In this document: in pieces, positions 52,801 through 64,000 of the stretch
Layout of the letters: the number at the start of each line of letters is the position of its first letter
Position numbering within the stretch: position 1 is the first letter of the stretch
NCBI GenBank assembly: GCA_964016885.1
Contig: OZ024742.1
Coordinates: 107,260,001-107,324,000 of the forward strand
Reading direction: 5' to 3'
From: Eledone cirrhosa
Taxonomy: Eukaryota
DNA: 64,000 nucleotides
Notes under the pieces: generated by a model
What the model saw: the letters and a program-made list of their open reading frames with translations, nothing else
Told to the model about the DNA's origin: nothing
Databases searched by the model: none
Position numbers and translations under genes: made by a program

Positions 52801-55800
52801 TCAGTCTTTCCATTTCTGATATTATTTGTCAGTCTTTCCATTTCTGATACTATCTGTCAGTCTTTCCATTTCTGATATTATTTGTCAGTCTTTCCATTTC
52901 TGATACTATCTGTCAGTCTTTCCATTTCTGATATTATTTGTCAGTCTTTCCATTTCTGATACTATTTGTCAGTCTTTCCATTTCTGATACTATTTGTCAG
53001 TCTTTCCATTTCTGATACCATCTGTCAGTCTTTCCATTTCTGATACTATTTGTCAGTCTTTCCATTTCTGATACCATCTGTCAGTCTTTCCATTTCTTAT
53101 ACTATCTGTCAGTCTTTCCATTTCTGATATTATTTGTCAGTCTTTCCATTTCTGATACTATCTGTCAGTCTTTCCATTTCTGATATTATTTGTCAGTCTT
53201 TCCATTTCTGATACTATCTGTCAGTCTTTCCATTTCTGATATTATTTGTCAGTCTTTCCATTTCTGATACTATTTGTCAGTCTTTCCATTTCTGATACCA
53301 TCTGTCAGTCTTTCCATTTCTAATATTATTTGTTAGTCTTTCCATTTCTGATACTATCTGTCAGTCTTTCCATTTCTGATATTATTTGTCAGTCTTTCCA
53401 TTTCTGATACTATCTGTCAGTCTTTCCATTTCTGATATTATTTGTCAGTCTTTCCATTTCTGATACTATCTGTCAGTCTTTCCATTTCTGATATTATTTG
53501 TCAGTCTTTCCATTTTTGATACTATCTGTCAGTCTTTCCATTCCTGATATTATTTGTCAGTCTTTCCATTTCTGATACTATTTGTCAGTCTTTCCATTTC
53601 TGATATTATTTGTCAGTCTTTCCATTTCTGATACTATCTGTCAGTCTTTCCATTTTTGATACTATTTGTCAGTCTTTCCATTTCTGATACTATTTGTCAG
53701 TCTTTCCATTTCTGATACTATCTGTCAGTCTTTCTATTTCTGATACTATCTGTCAGTCTTTCCATTTCTGATACTATCTGTCAGTCTTTCCATTTCTGAT
53801 ACTATTTGTCAGTCTTTCCATTTCTGATACTATCTGTCAGTCTTTCCATTTTTGATACTATTTGTCAGTCTTTCCATTTCTGATATTATTTGTCAGTCTT
53901 TCCATTTTTGATACTATCTGTCAGTCTTTCTATTTCTGATATTATTTGTCAGTCTTTCCATTTTTGATACTATTTGTCAGTCTTTCCATTTCTGATACTA
54001 TTTGTCAGTCTTTCCATTTTTCATACTATCTGTCAGTCTTTCCATTTCTGATACTATTTGTCAGTCTTTCCATTTCTGATACTATTTGTCAGTCTTTCCA
54101 TTTCTGATACCATCTGTCAGTCTTTCCATTTCTGATATTATTTGTTAGTCTTTCCATTTCTGATACTATTTGTCAGTCTTTCCATTTTTGATACTATTTG
54201 TCAGTCTTTCCATTTCTGATACTATTTGTCAGTCTTTCCATTTTTGATACTATTTGTCAGTCTTTCCATTTCTGATACCATCTGTCAGTCTTTCCATTTC
54301 TGATACTATTTGTCAGTCTTTCCATTTCTGATACTATCTGTCAGTCTTTCTATTTCTGATACTATCTGTCAGTCTTTCCATTTCTGATATTATTTGTCAG
54401 TCTTTCCATTTCTGATATTATTTGTCAGTCTTTCCATTTCTGATACTATCTGTCAGTCTTTCCATTTCTGATACTATTTGTCAGTCTTTCCATTTCTGAT
54501 ACTATTTGTCAGTCTTTCCATTTTTGATACTATTTGTCAGTCTTTCCATTTCTGATATTATTTGTCAGTCTTTCCATTTCTGATACTATTTGTCAGTCTT
54601 TCCATTTTTGTTACTATCTGTCAGTCTTTCCATTTCTGATACTATTTGTCAGTCTTTCCATTTTTGATACTATTTGTCAGTCTTTCCATTTCTGATATTA
54701 TTTGTCAATCTTTCCATTTCTGATACTATTTGTCAGTCTTTCCATTTCTGATACTAACTGTCAGTCTTTCCATTTCTGATACTAACTGTCAGTCTTTCCA
54801 TTTCTGATATTATTTGTCAGTCTTTCCATTTCTGATACTATCTGTCAGTCTTTCCATTTCTGATATTATTTGTCAGTCTTTCCATTTCTGATACTATTTG
54901 TCAGTCTTTCCATTTCTGATACTATTTGTCAGTCTTTCCATTTCTGATACCATCTGTCAGTCTTTCCATTTCTGATACTATTTGTCAGTCTTTCCATTTC
55001 TGATACCATCTGTCAGTCTTTCCATTTCTTATACTATCTGTCAGTCTTTCCATTTCTGATATTATTTGTCAGTCTTTCCATTTCTGATACTATCTGTCAG
55101 TCTTTCCATTTCTGATATTATTTGTCAGTCTTTCCATTTCTGATACTATCTGTCAGTCTTTCCATTTCTGATATTATTTGTCAGTCTTTCCATTTCTGAT
55201 ACTATTTGTCAGTCTTTCCATTTCTGATACCATCTGTCAGTCTTTCCATTTCTAATATTATTTGTTAGTCTTTCCATTTCTGATACTATCTGTCAGTCTT
55301 TCCATTTCTGATATTATTTGTCAGTCTTTCCATTTCTGATACTATCTGTCAGTCTTTCCATTTCTGATATTATTTGTCAGTCTTTCCATTTCTGATACTA
55401 TCTGTCAGTCTTTCCATTTCTGATATTATTTGTCAGTCTTTCCATTTTTGATACTATCTGTCAGTCTTTCCATTCCTGATATTATTTGTCAGTCTTTCCA
55501 TTTCTGATACTATTTGTCAGTCTTTCCATTTCTGATATTATTTGTCAGTCTTTCCATTTCTGATACTATCTGTCAGTCTTTCCATTTTTGATACTATTTG
55601 TCAGTCTTTCCATTTCTGATACTATTTGTCAGTCTTTCCATTTCTGATACTATCTGTCAGTCTTTCTATTTCTGATACTATCTGTCAGTCTTTCCATTTC
55701 TGATACTATCTGTCAGTCTTTCCATTTCTGATACTATTTGTCAGTCTTTCCATTTCTGATACTATCTGTCAGTCTTTCCATTTTTGATACTATTTGTCAG

Positions 55801-58800
55801 TCTTTCCATTTCTGATATTATTTGTCAGTCTTTCCATTTTTGATACTATCTGTCAGTCTTTCTATTTCTGATATTATTTGTCAGTCTTTCCATTTTTGAT
55901 ACTATTTGTCAGTCTTTCCATTTCTGATACTATTTGTCAGTCTTTCCATTTTTCATACTATCTGTCAGTCTTTCCATTTCTGATACTATTTGTCAGTCTT
56001 TCCATTTCTGATACTATTTGTCAGTCTTTCCATTTCTGATACCATCTGTCAGTCTTTCCATTTCTGATATTATTTGTTAGTCTTTCCATTTCTGATACTA
56101 TTTGTCAGTCTTTCCATTTTTGATACTATTTGTCAGTCTTTCCATTTCTGATACTATTTGTCAGTCTTTCCATTTTTGATACTATTTGTCAGTCTTTCCA
56201 TTTCTGATACCATCTGTCAGTCTTTCCATTTCTGATACTATTTGTCAGTCTTTCCATTTCTGATACTATCTGTCAGTCTTTCTATTTCTGATACTATCTG
56301 TCAGTCTTTCCATTTCTGATATTATTTGTCAGTCTTTCCATTTCTGATATTATTTGTCAGTCTTTCCATTTCTGATACTATCTGTCAGTCTTTCCATTTC
56401 TGATACTATTTGTCAGTCTTTCCATTTCTGATACTATTTGTCAGTCTTTCCATTTTTGATACTATTTGTCAGTCTTTCCATTTCTGATATTATTTGTCAG
56501 TCTTTCCATTTCTGATACTATTTGTCAGTCTTTCCATTTTTGTTACTATCTGTCAGTCTTTCCATTTCTGATACTATTTGTCAGTCTTTCCATTTTTGAT
56601 ACTATTTGTCAGTCTTTCCATTTCTGATATTATTTGTCAATCTTTCCATTTCTGATACTATTTGTCAGTCTTTCCATTTCTGATACTAACTGTCAGTCTT
56701 TCCATTTCTGATACTAACTGTCAGTCTTTCCATTTCTGATACTATCTGTCAGTCTTTCCATTTCTGATACTATCTGTCAGTCTTTCCATTTCTGATACTA
56801 TTTGTCAGTCTTTCCATTTCTGATACTATTTGTCAGTCTTTCCATTTTTGATACTATTTGTCAGTCTTTCCATTTCTGATATTATTTGTCAGTCTTTCCA
56901 TTTCTGATACTATTTGTCAGTCTTTCCATTTCTGATACTAACTGTCAGTCTTTCCATTTCTGATACTAACTGTCAGTCTTTCCATTTCTGATACTATTTG
57001 TCAGTCTTTCCATTTTTGTTACTATCTGTCAGTCTTTCCATTTCTGATACTATTTGTCAGTCTTTCCATTTTTGATACTATTTGTCAGTCTTTCCATTTC
57101 TGATATTATTTGTCAATCTTTCCATTTCTGATACTATTTGTCAGTCTTTCCATTTCTGATACTAACTGTCAGTCTTTCCATTTCTGATACTAACTGTCAG
57201 TCTTTCCATTTCTGATACTATCTGTCAGTCTTTCCATTTCTGATACTATTTGTCAGTCTTTCCATTTTTGATACTATCTGTCAGTCTTTCCATTTCTGAT
57301 ACTATTTGTCAGTCTTTCCATTTTTGATACTATTTGTCAGTCTTTCCATTTCTGATATTATTTGTCAGTCTTTCCATTTCTGATACTATTTGTCAGTCTT
57401 TCCATTTCTGATACTAACTGTCAGTCTTTCCATTTCTGATACTAACTGTCAGTCTTTCCATTTCTGATACTATTTGTCAGTCTTTCCATTTTTGATACTA
57501 TCTGTCAGTCTTTCCATTTCTGATACTATTTGTCAGTCTTTCCATTTCTGATACTATTTGTCAGTCTTTCCATTTCTGATACTATTTGTCAGTCTTTCCA
57601 TTTCTGATACTATTTGTCAGTCTTTCCATTTTTGATACTATCTGTCAGTCTTTCCATTTCTGATACTATTTGTCAGTCTTTCCATTTCTGATACTATTTG
57701 TCAGTCTTTCCATTTCTGATACTATCTGTCAGTCTTTCTATTTCTGATACTATCTGTCAGTCTTTCCATTTCTGATACTATCTGTCAGTCTTTCCATTTC
57801 TGATACTATTTGTCAGTCTTTCCATTTCTGATACTATCTGTCAGTCATTCCATTTCTGATACTATTTGTCAGTCTTTCCATTTTTGATACTATTTGTCAG
57901 TCTTTCCATTTCTGATACTATTTGTCAGTCTTTCCATTTTTGATACTATTTGTCAGTCTTTCCATTTCTGATACCATCTGTCAGTCTTTCCATTTCTGAT
58001 ACTATTTGTCAGTCTTTCCATTTCTGATACTATCTGTCAGTCTTTCTATTTCTGATACTATATGTCAGTCTTTCCATTTCTGATATTATTTGACAGTCTT
58101 TCCATTTCTGATATTATTTGTCAGTCTTTCCATTTCTGATACTATCTGTCAGTCTTTCCATTTCTGATACTATTTGTCAGTCTTTCCATTTCTGATACTA
58201 TTTGTCAGTCTTTCCATTTTTGATACTATTTGTCAGTCTTTCCATTTCTGATATTATTTGTCAGTCTTTCCATTTCTGATACTATTTGTCAGTCTTTCCA
58301 TTTTTGATACTATCTGTCAGTCTTTCCATTTCTGATACTATTTGTCAGTCTTTCCATTTTTGATACTATTTGTCAGTCTTTCCATTTCTGATATTATTTG
58401 TCAGTCTTTCCATTTCTGATACTATTTGTCAGTCTTTCCATTTCTGATACTAACTGTCAGTCTTTCCATTTCTGATACTAACTGTCAGTCTTTCCATTTC
58501 TGATACTATCTGTCAGTCTTTCCATTTTTGATACTATTTGTCAGTCTTTCCATTTCTGATATTATTTGTCAGTCTTTCCATTTCTGATACTATTTGTCAG
58601 TCTTTCCATTTTTGATACTATCTGTCAGTCTTTCCATTTCTGATACTATTTGTCAGTCTTTCCATTTTTGATACTATTTGTCAGTCTTTCCATTTCTGAT
58701 ATTATTTGTCAGTCTTTCCATTTCTGATACTATTTGTCAGTCTTTCCATTTCTGATACTAACTGTCAGTCTTTCCATTTCTGATACTAACTGTCAGTCTT

Positions 58801-61800
58801 TCCATTTCTGATACTATTTGTCAGTCTTTCCATTTTTGATACTATTTGTCAGTCTTTCCATTTCTGATACTATCTGTCAGTCTTTCCATTTTTGATACTA
58901 TCTGTCAGTCTTTCCATTTTTGATACTATCTGTCAGTCTTTCTATTTTTGATACTATCTGTCAGTCTTTCCATTTTTGATACTATCTGTCAGTCTTTCCA
59001 TTTTTGATACTATTTGTCAGTCTTTCCATTGTTGATATTATTTGTCAGTCTTTCCATTTCTGATACTATCTGTCAGTCTTTCCATTTCTGATACTATTTG
59101 TCAGTCTTTCCATTTCTGATACTATCTGTCAGTCTTTCCATTTCTGATATTATTTGTCAGTCTTTCCATTTTTGATACTATTTGTCAGTCTTTCCATTTC
59201 TGATACTATTTGTCAGTCTTTCCATTTTTATACTATTTGTCAGTCTTTCCATTTCTGATATTATTTGTCAGTCTTTCCATTTTTGATACTATCTGTCAGT
59301 CTTTCTATTTCTGATATTATTTGTCAGTCTTTCCATTTTTGATACTATTTGTCAGTCTTTCCATTTCTGATACTATTTGTCAGTCTTTCCATTTTTGATA
59401 CTATCTGTCAGTCTTTCCATTTCTGATACTATTTGTCAGTCTTTCCATTTCTGATACTATTTGTCAGTCTTTCCATTTCTGATACCATCTGTCAGTCTTT
59501 CCATTTCTGATATTATTTGTTAGTCTTTCCATTTCTGATACTATCTGTCAGTCTTTCCATTTCTGATATTATTTGTCAGTCTTTCCATTTCTGATACTAT
59601 CTGTCAGTCTTTCCATTTCTGATATTATTTGTCAGTCTTTCCATTTCTGATACTATCTGTCAGTCTTTCCATTTCTGATATTATTTGTCAGTCTTTCCAT
59701 TTCTGATACTATCTGTCAGTCTTTCCATTTTTGATACTATTTGTCAGTCTTTCCATTTCTGATACTATTTGTCAGTCTTTCCATTTCTGATACTATCTGT
59801 CAGTCTTTCTATTTCTGATACTATCTGTCAGTCTTTCCATTTCTGATACTATTTGTCAGTCTTTCCATTTCTGATACTATCTGTCAGTCTTTCCATTTTT
59901 GATACTATTTGTCAGTCTTTCTATTTCTGATATTATTTGTCAGTCTTTCCATTTTTGATACTATCTGTCAGTCTTTCTATTTCTGATATTATTTGTCAGT
60001 CTTTCCATTTTTGATACTATTTGTCAGTCTTTCCATTTCTGATACTATTTGTCAGTCTTTCCATTTTTGATACTATCTGTCAGTCTTTCCATTTCTGATA
60101 CTATTTGTCAGTCTTTCCATTTCTGATACTATTTGTCAGTCTTTCCATTTCTGATACCATCTGTCAGTCTTTCCATTTCTGATATTATTTGTTAGTCTTT
60201 CCATTTCTGATACTATCTGTCAGTCTTTCCATTTCTGATATTATTTGTCAGTCTTTCCATTTCTGATACTATCTGTCAGTCTTTCCATTTCTGATATTAT
60301 TTGTCAGTCTTTCCATTTCTGATACTATCTGTCAGTCTTTCCATTTCTGATATTATTTGTCAGTCTTTCCATTTCTGATACTATTTGTCAGTCTTTCCAT
60401 TTCTGATACTATTTGTCAGTCTTTCCATTTCTGATACCATCTGTCAGTCTTTCCATTTCTGATACTATTTGTCAGTCTTTCCATTTCTGATACCATCTGT
60501 CAGTCTTTCCATTTCTTATACTATCTGTCAGTCTTTCCATTTCTGATATTATTTGTCAGTCTTTCCATTTCTGATACTATCTGTCAGTCTTTCCATTTCT
60601 GATATTATTTGTCAGTCTTTCCATTTCTGATACTATCTGTCAGTCTTTCCATTTCTGATATTATTTGTCAGTCTTTCCATTTCTGATACTATTTGTCAGT
60701 CTTTCCATTTCTGATACCATCTGTCAGTCTTTCCATTTCTAATATTATTTGTTAGTCTTTCCATTTCTGATACTATCTGTCAGTCTTTCCATTTCTGATA
60801 TTATTTGTCAGTCTTTCCATTTCTGATACTATCTGTCAGTCTTTCCATTTCTGATATTATTTGTCAGTCTTTCCATTTCTGATACTATCTGTCAGTCTTT
60901 CCATTTCTGATATTATTTGTCAGTCTTTCCATTTTTGATACTATCTGTCAGTCTTTCCATTCCTGATATTATTTGTCAGTCTTTCCATTTCTGATACTAT
61001 TTGTCAGTCTTTCCATTTCTGATATTATTTGTCAGTCTTTCCATTTCTGATACTATCTGTCAGTCTTTCCATTTTTGATACTATTTGTCAGTCTTTCCAT
61101 TTCTGATACTATTTGTCAGTCTTTCCATTTCTGATACTATCTGTCAGTCTTTCTATTTCTGATACTATCTGTCAGTCTTTCCATTTCTGATACTATCTGT
61201 CAGTCTTTCCATTTCTGATACTATTTGTCAGTCTTTCCATTTCTGATACTATCTGTCAGTCTTTCCATTTTTGATACTATTTGTCAGTCTTTCCATTTCT
61301 GATATTATTTGTCAGTCTTTCCATTTTTGATACTATCTGTCAGTCTTTCTATTTCTGATATTATTTGTCAGTCTTTCCATTTTTGATACTATTTGTCAGT
61401 CTTTCCATTTCTGATACTATTTGTCAGTCTTTCCATTTTTCATACTATCTGTCAGTCTTTCCATTTCTGATACTATTTGTCAGTCTTTCCATTTCTGATA
61501 CTATTTGTCAGTCTTTCCATTTCTGATACCATCTGTCAGTCTTTCCATTTCTGATATTATTTGTTAGTCTTTCCATTTCTGATACTATTTGTCAGTCTTT
61601 CCATTTTTGATACTATTTGTCAGTCTTTCCATTTCTGATACTATTTGTCAGTCTTTCCATTTTTGATACTATTTGTCAGTCTTTCCATTTCTGATACCAT
61701 CTGTCAGTCTTTCCATTTCTGATACTATTTGTCAGTCTTTCCATTTCTGATACTATCTGTCAGTCTTTCTATTTCTGATACTATCTGTCAGTCTTTCCAT

Positions 61801-64000
61801 TTCTGATATTATTTGTCAGTCTTTCCATTTCTGATATTATTTGTCAGTCTTTCCATTTCTGATACTATCTGTCAGTCTTTCCATTTCTGATACTATTTGT
61901 CAGTCTTTCCATTTTTGATACTATTTGTCAGTCTTTCCATTTCTGATATTATTTGTCAGTCTTTCCATTTCTGATACTATTTGTCAGTCTTTCCATTTTT
62001 GTTACTATCTGTCAGTCTTTCCATTTCTGATACTATTTGTCAGTCTTTCCATTTTTGATACTATTTGTCAGTCTTTCCATTTCTGATATTATTTGTCAAT
62101 CTTTCCATTTCTGATACTATTTGTCAGTCTTTCCATTTCTGATACTAACTGTCAGTCTTTCCATTTCTGATACTAACTGTCAGTCTTTCCATTTCTGATA
62201 CTATCTGTCAGTCTTTCCATTTCTGATACTATCTGTCAGTCTTTCCATTTCTGATATTATTTGTCAATCTTTCCATTTCTGATACTATTTGTCAGTCTTT
62301 CCATTTCTGATACCATCTGTCAGTCTTTCCATTTCTGATACTATTTGTCAGTCTTTCCATTTCTGATACCATCTGTCAGTCTTTCCATTTCTGATATTAT
62401 TTGTCAGTCTTTCCATTTTTGATACTATCTGTCAGTCTTTCTATTTCTGATATTATTTGTCAGTCTTTCCATTTTTGATACTATTTGTCAGTCTTTCCAT
62501 TTCTGATACTATTTGTCAGTCTTTCCATTTTTGATACTATCTGTCAGTCTTTCCATTTCTGATACTATTTGTCAGTCTTTCCATTTCTGATACTATTTGT
62601 CAGTCTTTCCATTTCTGATACCATCTGTCAGTCTTTCCATTTCTGATATTATTTGTTAGTCTTTCCATTTCTGATACTATCTGTCAGTCTTTCCATTTCT
62701 GATATTATTTGTCAGTCTTTCCATTTCTGATACTATCTGTCAGTCTTTCCATTTCTGATATTATTTGTCAGTCTTTCCATTTCTGATACTATCTGTCAGT
62801 CTTTCCATTTCTGATATTATTTGTCAGTCTTTCCATTTCTGATACTATCTGTCAGTCTTTCCATTTTTGATACTATTTGTCAGTCTTTCCATTTCTGATA
62901 CTATTTGTCAGTCTTTCCATTTCTGATACTATCTGTCAGTCTTTCTATTTCTGATACTATCTGTCAGTCTTTCCATTTCTGATACTATTTGTCAGTCTTT
63001 CCATTTCTGATACTATCTGTCAGTCTTTCCATTTTTGATACTATTTGTCAGTCTTTCTATTTCTGATATTATTTGTCAGTCTTTCCATTTTTGATACTAT
63101 CTGTCAGTCTTTCTATTTCTGATATTATTTGTCAGTCTTTCCATTTTTGATACTATTTGTCAGTCTTTCCATTTCTGATACTATTTGTCAGTCTTTCCAT
63201 TTTTGATACTATCTGTCAGTCTTTCCATTTCTGATACTATTTGTCAGTCTTTCCATTTCTGATACTATTTGTCAGTCTTTCCATTTCTGATACCATCTGT
63301 CAGTCTTTCCATTTCTGATATTATTTGTTAGTCTTTCCATTTCTGATACTATCTGTCAGTCTTTCCATTTCTGATATTATTTGTCAGTCTTTCCATTTCT
63401 GATACTATCTGTCAGTCTTTCCATTTCTGATATTATTTGTCAGTCTTTCCATTTCTGATACTATCTGTCAGTCTTTCCATTTCTGATATTATTTGTCAGT
63501 CTTTCCATTTCTGATACTATTTGTCAGTCTTTCCATTTCTGATACTATTTGTCAGTCTTTCCATTTCTGATACCATCTGTCAGTCTTTCCATTTCTGATA
63601 CTATTTGTCAGTCTTTCCATTTCTGATACCATCTGTCAGTCTTTCCATTTCTTATACTATCTGTCAGTCTTTCCATTTCTGATATTATTTGTCAGTCTTT
63701 CCATTTCTGATACTATCTGTCAGTCTTTCCATTTCTGATATTATTTGTCAGTCTTTCCATTTCTGATACTATCTGTCAGTCTTTCCATTTCTGATATTAT
63801 TTGTCAGTCTTTCCATTTCTGATACTATTTGTCAGTCTTTCCATTTCTGATACCATCTGTCAGTCTTTCCATTTCTAATATTATTTGTTAGTCTTTCCAT
63901 TTCTGATACTATCTGTCAGTCTTTCCATTTCTGATATTATTTGTCAGTCTTTCCATTTCTGATACTATCTGTCAGTCTTTCCATTTCTGATATTATTTGT
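40822..64000. repeat. 28-bp satellite array (consensus GTCAGTCTTTCCATTTCTGATACTATTT), about 830 copies, runs off the window end
   Basis: Directly visible uninterrupted tandem array; variants are mostly C/T at a few positions; a rare 27-bp monomer occurs three times. Confidence 0.99.

Noticed and set aside
40822-64000. CRISPR array or repeat-protein gene
   Set aside because: No unique spacers, no cas genes, eukaryotic context; the 28-bp period puts stop codons in all frames on both strands.
40822-64000. Recursive splice (ratchet) sites in the satellite
   Set aside because: Units read CAG|TC, not the AG|GT needed to regenerate a donor.

Overview
AT-rich, repeat-dense eukaryotic DNA. The SINE/RTE repertoire looks like an octopus or other coleoid cephalopod (inferred from recalled repeat families, not verified by search). 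The one recognisable host gene is an LRSAM1-like E3 ubiquitin ligase on the + strand. Five coding exons were assembled by eye (32341-32535, 33474-33527, 35370-35414, 37434-37511, 39408-39476), joined by phase-0 GT-AG introns, and they encode the N-terminus and first LRRs. A CpG/E-box/E2F-containing patch near 15.0 kb is a candidate promoter. The intron after exon 39408-39476 holds a >=23 kb array of a 28-bp satellite (40822 to the window end, about 830 units) with nested higher-order repeats of 242, 69, 37 and about 18-21 monomers. The rest is decayed RTE LINEs, Penelope-like and CRE-like retroelement fragments, tRNA-derived SINEs, MITEs, minisatellites, microsatellites and several hairpins. 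Most ORFs in the supplied track are spurious. No new multi-gene system is supported. The best leads are the intronic higher-order satellite, a myristoylation-like N-terminal extension on LRSAM1, minisatellites arising from a retroposon 3' module, and dsRNA-forming inverted repeats.
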